Shown here: positions 1-8,608 of the stretch, piece after piece
Layout of the letters: every line of letters starts with the position of its first letter
Numbering within the stretch: the first letter of the stretch is position 1
Source of the DNA: an uncultured Gemmatimonadales bacterium
GTDB taxonomy: Bacteria > Gemmatimonadota > Gemmatimonadetes > Longimicrobiales > Gaopeijiaceae
Direction of reading: 5' to 3'
DNA: 64,000 nt
NCBI GenBank assembly: GCA_963823035.1
Contig: CAWGKG010000007.1
Span: forward strand, 177,995-241,994
Program-made: the position numbers and the translations under genes
Notes under the pieces: model-generated
Seen by the model: the letters and a program-made list of their open reading frames with translations, nothing else
What the model was told of the DNA's origin: nothing
The model's database searches: none

Positions 1-5
1 CGAAC

Positions 6-695
6 GTGGCGGTGGTGACCGGAGGGGCGGGAGGGCTGGGCGGAGCCGTGGTGGAGGCCCTGCTCGGCGACGGGTGGCGCGTCTGGGTGCCGTGGCGCGC
101 CGAGGGCGAGGACGCTCGCCTGAAGGAGCGCATCGGAGACGCGGACGGACTCCGCCTCCGTCAGGTGGACCTCGTCGACCCCGCCGCGGTGGAGGCGCTC
201 TTCGCGGCGGTGCGCGACGGCGACGGCCGGCTCGACCTCCTGTGCAACCTCGTGGGCGGCTTCGCGATGGCTCCGGTCGACGAGACCGACCCCGCGACCT
301 GGCGGCGCATGTGGGAGACCAACGCCACCGCCCCCTTCCTGGCCGTGCGGGCCGCCGTGCCGCTCCTGCGCGCCTCGGGGGGAGGACGGATCGTCAACGT
401 GGCCGCGGCCGCCGCGCTGGGCGGGCCGATCGGCGGGATGAGCGCCTATCTGGCCGCCAAGTCCGGCGTGGTGAGCTTGACCCGCAACCTCGCGAAGGAG
501 CTGGGCCCAGCCGGGATCACCGTGAACGCCGTCGCGCCCACCACGATCGACACGCCGGCGAACCGGCGCGCGAACCCCGACGCCGATCGGACCACGTGGC
601 TCCGTCCGGAGGAGATCGCCACGGTGATCCACTTCCTCGCCGGTCCGGGAGCGGCGGTCGTGTCGGGCAACGTGGTGGAGCTCAGGAAGGGCTGA
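6..695 (+). CDS. Short-chain dehydrogenase/reductase (probably 5'-truncated by window edge)
   Basis: TGGAGGLG Rossmann motif, YLAAK catalytic YxxxK, NAVAP..IDTPANR. Confidence 0.9.
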   Translation: MAVVTGGAGGLGGAVVEALLGDGWRVWVPWRAEGEDARLKERIGDADGLRLRQVDLVDPAAVEALFAAVRDGDGRLDLLCNLVGGFAMAPVDETDPATWRRMWETNATAPFLAVRAAVPLLRASGGGRIVNVAAAAALGGPIGGMSAYLAAKSGVVSLTRNLAKELGPAGITVNAVAPTTIDTPANRRANPDADRTTWLRPEEIATVIHFLAGPGAAVVSGNVVELRKG

Positions 696-1629
696 GGAGC
701 GCCCGGCGCATGCGCCGGATCGTGTCCGGACCCGTGCGGCAGCAACCGCCCAGCACCGCCGCCCCCAGCGCCCGCCACCCGGGGGCGGCCGCCGCAGGGT
801 CGTCGGCCGCCGCACCCGCCCTCCACACCCTGGCGCCCGCGTCGTAGACCTCCCCGGAGTTCGGATAGGCCGCGAGGGGCTTCGCGGTCGCCGAGCGCGC
901 GCGATCGAGGAGCGCCGGAACGCGCGACGGCGGCACGCAGTTCACCCCCACCGCGGCGACGCGCTCGGCCGCGTCGCAGAGCCGAACCGCGTCCTCCAGC
1001 GGCGTCCCGTCGGCGAGGTGGGCCTCGTCACGGCACTGGAAGGAGATCCACGCCCAGCGGTCCGGCGTCTCCGCGAGGAGGCACAGCAGCGCGCGCGTCT
1101 CCGCCAGGGACGGGATCGTCTCGCAGGCGAGGAGGTCGGCCGGCGAGGCGGCGAGGAGTCGCCAACGTCGACGGTGGAAACCGACGAGCGCCTCCTCGTC
1201 GAGATCGTACGCACCGGTGTACTCCGAGCCATCCGCGAGGTAGGCCCCGTAGGGCCCCACGCTGGCGGCGACGAGGGGCTCCAGACGTTCCGCACGTCGC
1301 GCCGGGTCCCGCCAGAAGGCGTCCCGGGCCTCCACGGCCAGGGCCACCGCCCTGCGGAACGCCTGCTCGGCCTGCGTGTCGGACAGGCCCCGCGCCGTGA
1401 AGCCCTCGAACGTCGCCTGGTAGGTGACCGTGGCGATGCAGTCCGCACCGGCCTCCAGGTAGCTCCGATGGACGGCGCGCACCACCTCGGGCGCGTCGAG
1501 GAGGACCCTGGCCGACCAGAGGGGGTCGTCGAGGCCCTCCCCGCGCGCCTCGAGCGCGGTCGCGAGGCCCCCGTCGAGGACCACCACCCCCTGGGCGCGG
1601 AGGAACGGAGCGAAGGGATCGGCGACCAT
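682..1629 (-). CDS. mmuM: Homocysteine S-methyltransferase
   Basis: LDGGLAT, ASVGPYGAYLADGSEY, GVNC, YPNSGE and GGCC Zn-binding motifs. Confidence 0.92.
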   Translation of the reverse strand: MVADPFAPFLRAQGVVVLDGGLATALEARGEGLDDPLWSARVLLDAPEVVRAVHRSYLEAGADCIATVTYQATFEGFTARGLSDTQAEQAFRRAVALAVEARDAFWRDPARRAERLEPLVAASVGPYGAYLADGSEYTGAYDLDEEALVGFHRRRWRLLAASPADLLACETIPSLAETRALLCLLAETPDRWAWISFQCRDEAHLADGTPLEDAVRLCDAAERVAAVGVNCVPPSRVPALLDRARSATAKPLAAYPNSGEVYDAGARVWRAGAAADDPAAAAPGWRALGAAVLGGCCRTGPDTIRRMRRALLSPS

Positions 1630-1791
1630 GCCGAACGCTCACACCGGCTTCCCCTGCTGGCAACGTTTGCAGGGCGCGGGCCGGCGTTGCCGCCCGCGGG
1701 GGCCGGAAAAGCGCGTCACGGCGGGATCTTCGGCCAGGCACGCCCCTTGCGCCTCATGGGGGTTCCCCCAAGGGAGGGGCGCGACGCACCC

Positions 1792-3441
1792 ATGGGCGTT
1801 CCCGACACGCGAAACGACCCGCCGCTGCATCCGGCCCGGGAGCGGGCCCTGGAAGGGCTCTTCCTCGGCAGTCCTCTCCCCATCCTCCTCGTCGACGCGC
1901 GCTCCCGGACGATCGCGCGGGCAAACACGGCGCTCGGAACGCTGCTCGGGTGGCCGGGTGAGGCCCTCGCGGGGCGGCCGCTGTCCACCCTGGACCCGGC
2001 GGAGGGCGGCGAGATCGCAGAGTATCTTCTGCTGGCCCTGGCGTGCAGGGACTCGAGCCCTCGTACGCGTTCGTGGCGAACGCGCTCGGGCGAGGACGTC
2101 CCGGTCGAGATCCGCGCCGTACGGCTGCACGGGGACCAGGGCACGCTCCTGGCGCTCTACGCGCGCGACCTCCGGGAGGAGGAGCGCGCGCACGGTGAGC
2201 GAGAGGCCCTGCAGTCGCAGCTGTGGAAGGCCCAGAAGCACGAGGCCGTCGGCCGCCTGGTGGCCGGGATCGCCCACGGGTTCAACGAGCTCCTTGCGAC
2301 CGTCGTGCTGGGCGCGGAGGCGGTGCGCGAGCGGGCGGAGGACGCCCGGTCGCGGGTCGACCTCGACGGAATCGCCGAAGCCGCCTTGCGCGCTCGCGAT
2401 CTGACCCGGGATCTGGTGGCGTTCACCGCACGCGAGCCGCAGGAGGCGGCACCGATCCGACTCGACGACCTCCTGCTCGAGACGCACGGCCTTCTTCGTC
2501 ACGCGCTGCCCGGCGACATCCGCCTGGTGCTGCGCCCCTGTCGCGGCAACACCGTCGTGCGCGCCGATCCCGGGCAGGTGCAGCAGATCCTCGTCAACCT
2601 GATGGTCAACGCACGCGAGGCCATGCCGGGAGGCGGCTACCTGGTGGTGGCCACGCGGGAGGTCGAGCTGGACGAGGCGTCCGGCGAAGACCACCCCTCC
2701 CTGCGGAGTGGGCCGTACGTCCTCCTCAGCGTGACCGACACGGGCGAAGGGATGGACGAAGACACCTGCGCGCGGCTCTTCGAGCCCTTCTTCAGCACCC
2801 ACGAGGAAGGCGGGACGCGCGGCCTGGGCCTCGCCACCGTGCGAGGGATCGCGCGGCGATGCGGAGGAGACGTGGGCGTGACCACCCAGGCCGGCGTCGG
2901 GACCACGCTCCAGGTATACCTCCCCCGCCTCGGGACGGAGGCGGGGGCGCCCGTACCCACGCGGCCGGCTCGGGGCGATCCGATCCCACGAGGGACGGAG
3001 CACATCCTCCTGGTCGAAGACGACGAGGCGGTCCGCGGGGGAACCGCCAAGGCGCTCCGCAGGCTCGGATACCACGTCACCGTGGCCGCGGGGCCCGAGG
3101 AGGCCCTCCGCATCCACGAGGAGCTGTGGCCCGACCGCGGCCCCCATCCGATCGACCTCCTGGTCACCGACGTCGTGATGCCCGACATGACGGGGCCGGA
3201 GATGGTGCGCCGGCTACGGTCGAAGCGCGAGGATCTGCCCGTCCTGTACGTGTCCGGCTATCTCGGTCCGGAGCACCGGAGGCGCCCCGACCCCATGGGC
3301 ACGATCGGCCACCTCGCCAAGCCGTTCACGCTCACGGAGCTGGGGGAGAGTGTGCGGAGCTTCCTGGAGCGTCTGGCCGATCCTCCGCCCGAGCCGTCGG
3401 ATCTTCCGGCGGACAACACCCCCGGGTCGTCTCCTCCATGA
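1792..3441 (+). CDS. PAS-domain hybrid sensor histidine kinase / receiver
   Basis: PAS-like N-terminus, H-box GIAHGFNELL, NLMVNAREAM, DTGEGMD, LFEPFFST, GLGLA, receiver ILLVEDD..DVVMP..KPF; start at ATG 1792 inferred. Confidence 0.88.
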   Translation: MGVPDTRNDPPLHPARERALEGLFLGSPLPILLVDARSRTIARANTALGTLLGWPGEALAGRPLSTLDPAEGGEIAEYLLLALACRDSSPRTRSWRTRSGEDVPVEIRAVRLHGDQGTLLALYARDLREEERAHGEREALQSQLWKAQKHEAVGRLVAGIAHGFNELLATVVLGAEAVRERAEDARSRVDLDGIAEAALRARDLTRDLVAFTAREPQEAAPIRLDDLLLETHGLLRHALPGDIRLVLRPCRGNTVVRADPGQVQQILVNLMVNAREAMPGGGYLVVATREVELDEASGEDHPSLRSGPYVLLSVTDTGEGMDEDTCARLFEPFFSTHEEGGTRGLGLATVRGIARRCGGDVGVTTQAGVGTTLQVYLPRLGTEAGAPVPTRPARGDPIPRGTEHILLVEDDEAVRGGTAKALRRLGYHVTVAAGPEEALRIHEELWPDRGPHPIDLLVTDVVMPDMTGPEMVRRLRSKREDLPVLYVSGYLGPEHRRRPDPMGTIGHLAKPFTLTELGESVRSFLERLADPPPEPSDLPADNTPGSSPP

Positions 3442-4513
3442 GGTGGCGCACCACGGCCTCGAGGCTTCTCGTCTCCTCGTAGACGCGAAGCTGCCGGTCG
3501 GCGCTGGAGCCCTCCTCCAGGATGCGCTCCACGTACGCGATCTGGTCGCGCGATCCCAGCTCGTCGAGCACGTCCTCGACGAAGTCCACCAGCTCGTGGA
3601 TCATGTCGCGCGTCGCGACCTCCCTGCTCTTGCCGAGGTCGACGAGCTTCCCGTCCAGCCCGTAGCGCGCCGCGCGGAACTTGTTCTCCTGCAGGAGCTC
3701 GAGCGAATAGGGGCGGAAGGTGAGGTTCTCGCTCCGGAGCTTCCACATCTTGGCCACGATGGCCTGGGTGAGGGCCGCCAGGCAGACGACCTCGTCGACC
3801 TGCGTTCCCATGTCGCAGATGCGGAACTCCAGCGTGGGATAGGCGTGCGAGGGGCGGAGGTCCCACCACAGCTTGGACGCATCCTGCATGGAGTTCGCCC
3901 CGACGAGCGTCGAGACCAGGTCCTCGTACTCGGCCCAGGTGCAGAACGCCGGCGGCACCCCCGAGCGGGGGAACTCCCGCCACACGCGGGTGCGGTAGGA
4001 TTTGAGCCCCGTGTTGCGCCCCATCCAGAAGGGAGAGCTGGTCGACAGGGCGAGGAGGTGCGGGAGGAAGTATCGGGCCACGGTCATCGTGTCGATGAGG
4101 AACGCCCGGTCCTCGATCCCGACGTGGATGTGGGTCCCGAAGATCAGGTTCCTCCGGGCCACGTCCTGCAGGTCCTCCTCCAGCCCCAGGTAGCGATCCA
4201 TCGGCGTGATCGGGGATTCGATCCAGGAGGAGATCGGATGGGTTCCCGAGGCCATGATCCGCAGGTCGTGCCGACCCGCCAGCGCGGTGACGGCGGTGCG
4301 CAGACGCACGATCTCCGAGCGTACGTCCAGGGGCGTCGCGCACACCTCGGTCCCGACCTCCACGGTGGACTGGTGGAGCTCGGGCTTGATGCCCTCCGCC
4401 GTGATCCGACCCTCCTCGAGGACCCGTGTGATGTAGGGGTGCAGGAGGCAGGTGTCGGGATCGACGACCTGATACTCCTCCTCGACGCCCAGGGTGAGGG
4501 AAGGCGGCTTCAT
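3332..4513 (-). CDS. ybdK: Carboxylate-amine ligase, glutamate-cysteine ligase 2 (YbdK) family
   Basis: TLGVEEEYQ, GTHP, FGTHIHVG, STSSPFW, WWDLRP..YPTLEFRICD; C-terminal tail overlaps the convergent kinase. Confidence 0.88.
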   Translation of the reverse strand: MKPPSLTLGVEEEYQVVDPDTCLLHPYITRVLEEGRITAEGIKPELHQSTVEVGTEVCATPLDVRSEIVRLRTAVTALAGRHDLRIMASGTHPISSWIESPITPMDRYLGLEEDLQDVARRNLIFGTHIHVGIEDRAFLIDTMTVARYFLPHLLALSTSSPFWMGRNTGLKSYRTRVWREFPRSGVPPAFCTWAEYEDLVSTLVGANSMQDASKLWWDLRPSHAYPTLEFRICDMGTQVDEVVCLAALTQAIVAKMWKLRSENLTFRPYSLELLQENKFRAARYGLDGKLVDLGKSREVATRDMIHELVDFVEDVLDELGSRDQIAYVERILEEGSSADRQLRVYEETRSLEAVVRHLMEETTRGCCPPEDPTARAEDRPDAPGSSAHSPPAP

Positions 4514-4623
4514 GGGACCCCCGTGATGAGCACGGCCCGGGCAGGGCCCCGGTGTCGGGGAAGCTCTCTTGATTCTACAGGGACGGTGCGTGGAGGGTCC
4601 CCACTTCCCGGATCTCCTCCTCC

Positions 4624-4678
4624 TTGCTCCGGGTGGATCTTCGGGCTACCTTCGGTGAAAGATTCGGTTTCTGTTCGG
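4624..4678 (+). promoter_or_regulatory. Sigma70-type promoter of imuB overlaid by four TTCGG direct repeats (candidate SOS operator)
   Basis: TTGCTC(4624)-N17-TACCTT(4647); TTCGG at 4640, 4651, 4663, 4674. Confidence 0.6.
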
Positions 4679-4831
4679 TATTGGCTCCCCGGGCCCGGCG
4701 ACCCGCCAAGGGATAGGGATGTGCAGGGTTGGGCCGAGTGCCGTCTCCGGAAGCGGCGCGTGTTCGACGGTGTGGACGTCGGAGGCCCGGGGAGCCAAGA
4801 CTTTTTCGTCCCTCAGGTGTCCCGTCCATCC

Positions 4832-6247
4832 ATGTCCGAGCCCCGGCAGCGTGCTTATGGTGTTCCCACCCACCCGGCCATCGGGTGGGATGCCCGGAGC
4901 AAGGAAAGCACGAACCCGCGGGAGGCCGCCCATGGATGGAGCCTCGCCAGGAGCCCCGCGGGGGATCCCGGGGGAAGCACCGTCGCGAGCGGCAGCCGCC
5001 AGGCACTCTGCCTCTGGCTCCCCACCTTCGAGCTGCGCCTCGAGCTGGTACGCTCGCCCGAGCTGGACAGCGCGTCCGTGGCGCTCCTCGCTTCGGGGGA
5101 GAGCGTCCGCCGCACCGTCTGGCAGGTCTCGGAGCGGGCGCACGACGCCGGGGTGCGGCCGGGGCAGCTCGTCTCCCAGGCGGTGTCGCTCTGTCCTTCC
5201 CTCACCCTCCTGGAGCCCGACCCCGCGCACTACGACGCTGCCACCGAGGCGATGCTCGAGGTGCTGGCCGAGCTCACCCCCGTGGTGGAGCCCGCGGGAC
5301 GCGGACGCGTCTTCCTGGGGATGGACGGGCTGGGCCGGCTCTACGGCTCTCCCCATCGTCAGGCGGAGCGGGCGCTGCGTTCCCTCTTCCGCATCTTCCC
5401 CTCCCCGCTCGTGGCGGCCACCCGCGCCGGGATGGCGCCCGGGAAGTTCGGCGCGTGGGTGGCGGCGGCCTCCGCGCGGCCGGGGGAGCCGACGATCGTC
5501 TCCGAGGAGGATCTCTCCCGTTTCCTGGCCTCGTGCCCGGTGGCCGCGCTCCCCGTGGACCCGCTGGCCGTCCAGCGACTCGAGCGGCTGGGCATCGCCA
5601 CGCTGGGTGCACTCCGCCGCTTTCCGGAGCCCTCGCTCATCGCCCAGTTCGGCGAGGAGGGACGGAGCGCCCTGGCCTGGGCCACCGGTCGGCGCATCGA
5701 CCCGGTGCACCCCTTCCACCGCCCCCGCCCCATCCGGGTCTCCCTGGACTTCCCCACCCCCGTGGGGCTCGCCGAGACCCTCCACGGCGCCCTGGACCGA
5801 CTGGTGGAGCGCGCGCTGTCCCGCCCCGCACGCCGGGGGCGCAGCGTGACGGCGGTACGGCTGGGCGCCTACCTCGAAGGAGGAGGCTCCTGGTTCGTGG
5901 AGACGGTCCTGCGCGAGCCCACGGCCGAGCGGCCGAAGATCGCCTTTCCCCTGCGGGGCAAGATGGCCATCTCCCCTCCTCCGCGGGCCGTGGAGACCCT
6001 CCTCGTGGAGCTCACCCGCTTCGGCGCCCCCTCCTCCCAGACCGATCTCTTCGATCGGAAGGAGGAGGGTGGGAGAGCGGCGGGCGGGCGGGATCTTGCG
6101 CGCGGCGAAGTCCCTTTCTCCCTTAAAGATGCGGTCAAAGAGTTGAAGTTACGTCTAGGACATTCCCCCCTCTACCGCGTGGTGGAGGTCGACCCCTGGT
6201 CGAGGATCCCCGAGCGCCGCCATGCCCTGCTGAGCTTCGATCCATGA
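4832..6247 (+). CDS. imuB: ImuB-like, catalytically inactive Y-family polymerase (mutasome scaffold)
   Basis: LCLWLPTF start, GVRPGQLVSQAVSLCP, TPVVE..GRVFLGMDG lacking the catalytic DE, LERLGIATLG, clamp-binding QTDLF, C-terminal SRIPERR; start uncertain (4832 to about 4980). Confidence 0.85.
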   Translation: MSEPRQRAYGVPTHPAIGWDARSKESTNPREAAHGWSLARSPAGDPGGSTVASGSRQALCLWLPTFELRLELVRSPELDSASVALLASGESVRRTVWQVSERAHDAGVRPGQLVSQAVSLCPSLTLLEPDPAHYDAATEAMLEVLAELTPVVEPAGRGRVFLGMDGLGRLYGSPHRQAERALRSLFRIFPSPLVAATRAGMAPGKFGAWVAAASARPGEPTIVSEEDLSRFLASCPVAALPVDPLAVQRLERLGIATLGALRRFPEPSLIAQFGEEGRSALAWATGRRIDPVHPFHRPRPIRVSLDFPTPVGLAETLHGALDRLVERALSRPARRGRSVTAVRLGAYLEGGGSWFVETVLREPTAERPKIAFPLRGKMAISPPPRAVETLLVELTRFGAPSSQTDLFDRKEEGGRAAGGRDLARGEVPFSLKDAVKELKLRLGHSPLYRVVEVDPWSRIPERRHALLSFDP

Positions 6248-6513
6248 GCGACGGTCCGAACCTCCGCCCGCTGGGGAGCCCCCGCCTCGTCGACGTGCGT
6301 ACCGACGAGGCGGGCGAGCCCACGCACGTCCGCCTCGCGGGGAGGCCGGCCCGCCGGGTGGAGGCCGTGCGCGAGCGCTGGCGCATCGACGACGAGTGGT
6401 GGCGCACCCCCCTCTCGCGTGAATATCGGGCCGTGGTCCTCGACGACGGCCGCCCGCTCACGCTCTACCACGACCTCCTGGACGGCCGCTGGTACGTTCA
6501 GAAGGGTGAGTGA
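6244..6513 (+). CDS. Small DUF6504-like protein of imuB/dnaE2 cassettes
   Basis: ERWRIDDEWWR...REY...LYHDLLDGRWY; ATGA overlap with imuB stop. Confidence 0.8.
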   Translation: MSDGPNLRPLGSPRLVDVRTDEAGEPTHVRLAGRPARRVEAVRERWRIDDEWWRTPLSREYRAVVLDDGRPLTLYHDLLDGRWYVQKGE

Positions 6514-7225
6514 CCCCGTGCCCCGCTCCCCCGCCCCCGTGATCCTGCGCGTCGAGCCGATCCGCCCGCGCGGGCTCCGCGTCCGCCTGCACCTCGATCG
6601 AGGAGAGCCGCTGGAGGTGGCGCTGGAGGCGATCGAGCGCCTGGGGCTGGGGGTAGGCGACGACCTCCCCGCCAACCGACGCCATCACCTGCTGGACGCC
6701 GACGCCGACGTCCGCATCCGCGACGCCGCCCTCTCCCTCCTCTCCCACCGGGCCCGCACCCGCTCGGAGCTTCGCCGCAGGCTCGTCGGCAAGGGATTCC
6801 AACCGGCGCGCGTCGACCACGCCCTCGATCGTCTGGAGGCGCGAGGGCTCCTCGACGACGCAGCCGTCGCCGCGGCCTTCGTCCGTGACCGCATCCGCCA
6901 CCGGCCCCGCGGACCCGTACGCCTGACCCAGGAGCTCAGGGCCAAGGGCGTGCAGCCGGAGATGGCCGAGCGCGTGGTGGAAGACGTCCTCGAGGACGAA
7001 GCGCTCAGCGAGGCCGATCTGGCCCGCCGCGTCGTGGAGGGGTGGCTCCGGCGCCAGGGTGCGGCCACGCTCCGGGGGCTCACCGCGTCGCGGGGCACGC
7101 CCGAGGCGGAGAAGGTCCGGCGCCGGCTGCACGGATACCTCGCGCGCCGGGGCTTCCGCGGCGAGGCTCTCGGCCGGGCCGTGGACACGGCCGTCGCCCT
7201 CGCCGGCGCGCCGCAAGATCGCTAG
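6506..7225 (+). CDS. recX: Regulatory protein RecX
   Basis: LLSHRARTRSELRRRL..KGF, GLLDD..A.AFVR.R, RGP.RL.QELRAKGV, YLARRGF; GTG start 6506 overlaps upstream gene. Confidence 0.88.
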   Translation: MSDPVPRSPAPVILRVEPIRPRGLRVRLHLDRGEPLEVALEAIERLGLGVGDDLPANRRHHLLDADADVRIRDAALSLLSHRARTRSELRRRLVGKGFQPARVDHALDRLEARGLLDDAAVAAAFVRDRIRHRPRGPVRLTQELRAKGVQPEMAERVVEDVLEDEALSEADLARRVVEGWLRRQGAATLRGLTASRGTPEAEKVRRRLHGYLARRGFRGEALGRAVDTAVALAGAPQDR

Positions 7226-7248
7226 CTAGCGATCCGCCCCGGAGTCGG

Positions 7249-7911
7249 TCATCCGCCGCGGCGCATCACCGAGAGATCCCAGGAGAGCCCGACCATGAGC
7301 TCGTCGAAGCGCTCGTCGCCACAGAACGGCACGTTGGCGCTCGCCGTCGGATCCTCGGGATCGACGCATCCCCTGAGCCGCACCCAGTGCGACGCGTAGC
7401 TCCCGCGCAGACGCAAGGGCAGGCCCGCCAGCGGCGTGACGTCCAGGGAGAGAAGCCCCAGGTAGCCGATCTGACCACCGTTCGGGACGTGGAAGTCCGC
7501 ACGCCGCCCGGACCGTCCGTCCGCCGTTCCCGAGAGGGCGTTGAAGCTCAGACCACCGCCGATCCCGAGCCGGACCGGCGCGCCCGGGAGCACGGCCCGC
7601 ATGACGGACAACCTGAGACCGCCCAGCGCCGTGCTGGTGTGGACCTCCTCGGGGCCGCAGTCGATGCGCGGCGAATAGACGCGGCACACCACGCCCGTCT
7701 TGAGCGTCTCGTCCGCGTAGCGGACGAAGGCGAGGTGCAGCAGCCAGTCGCGCACACCCAGGGTGCCCGCGACGGAGAAACCCGTCGGCGCAGGCAGCTC
7801 GGCGTTGGCTGAGGCCGCGCGCACGAAGAGCAGCGAGACCTCCTGCGCGCCTAGGGGACAGCCGAGGAGGAGAAGGGCGGCCGCGGCCACCCGCAAAGAC
7901 CGAAATCGCAT
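7249..7911 (-). CDS. Exported hypothetical protein, probable outer-membrane beta-barrel
   Basis: Signal peptide, amphipathic strands, C-terminal VGLSWDL, Cys pairs in loops. Confidence 0.6.
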   Translation of the reverse strand: MRFRSLRVAAAALLLLGCPLGAQEVSLLFVRAASANAELPAPTGFSVAGTLGVRDWLLHLAFVRYADETLKTGVVCRVYSPRIDCGPEEVHTSTALGGLRLSVMRAVLPGAPVRLGIGGGLSFNALSGTADGRSGRRADFHVPNGGQIGYLGLLSLDVTPLAGLPLRLRGSYASHWVRLRGCVDPEDPTASANVPFCGDERFDELMVGLSWDLSVMRRGG

Positions 7912-8001
7912 ACCGGCGATGGAAACTCAGGGACGTCGAAACCTCTCGCACTACTTCGAACTAGAGCAAGATGCGCGAGGTCGAACAAGGCCCTCCCAGG
8001 G

Positions 8002-8030
8002 TTGACCGACCGGTCGGTCAGCATTAGCGT
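8002..8030 (+). promoter_or_regulatory. Promoter with perfect 18-bp palindromic TetR operator
   Basis: TGACCGACCGGTCGGTCA (8003-8020) overlaps TTGACC-N17-TAGCGT; ATG follows 6 nt after the -10 box (leaderless). Confidence 0.8.
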
Positions 8031-8035
8031 GCGCC

Positions 8036-8608
8036 ATGAACCACGAGCCGAGCACGCGAACGCGCATCCTCCACGCCGCGGTGGAGCTGATGGGCCGTGA
8101 GGGGCCCGATCGGTTCACCGCCTCCGCGCTGGCGCGCGAGGTGGGGATGAGCAAGGCGACGCTCTTTCACCACTTCGACACGCTCGACGAGATCCCGCTC
8201 GCCGCGCTCGAGGAGATCTTCTTCGAGTTCCTCGGCGAGGTCGTCGGTGAGGACGGAGCCCTCCCCGACCTCCTGGACCGCTTCGCCCGCGAGATGCGTG
8301 CGCTGGTGGACAACGAGGGCTTCCTGCGCGCGTACTTCGTCTTCTTCATCAAGGGGATGTTCGACGCGCGCTTCCGGGACCGCCTGGCTCACGGCGCGTT
8401 CGAGATGCACCGACGCACGGTCGATGCGCTCGCGCCCCGTCTCGCGCCCGGCCAGGAACCGGAGGTCACGGCGCGGATGGTCGAGGTCATGCTCGACGGC
8501 CTCGCGCTGCATCACCTCGCGATGGGCGATCACGATGGGCTCGATCGCGTCTGGACACGATTCACCGAGCTGCTCCTCGCGGCTCAGCATCCTCAGGAGT
8601 CCTCGTGA
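8036..8608 (+). CDS. TetR/AcrR family regulator
   Basis: RILHAAVELM..G...ALAREVGMSKATLFHHF helix-turn-helix. Confidence 0.92.
   Translation: MNHEPSTRTRILHAAVELMGREGPDRFTASALAREVGMSKATLFHHFDTLDEIPLAALEEIFFEFLGEVVGEDGALPDLLDRFAREMRALVDNEGFLRAYFVFFIKGMFDARFRDRLAHGAFEMHRRTVDALAPRLAPGQEPEVTARMVEVMLDGLALHHLAMGDHDGLDRVWTRFTELLLAAQHPQESS

Noticed and set aside
3332..3441. 110-bp convergent overlap of ybdK-like and kinase genes
   Set aside because: Both tails are low-complexity; stop codons are scarce at high GC and an indel is possible
3350..4831. 965-aa ORF suggesting a giant ImuB
   Set aside because: The N-terminal half is the antisense shadow of the ybdK-like gene plus promoter DNA
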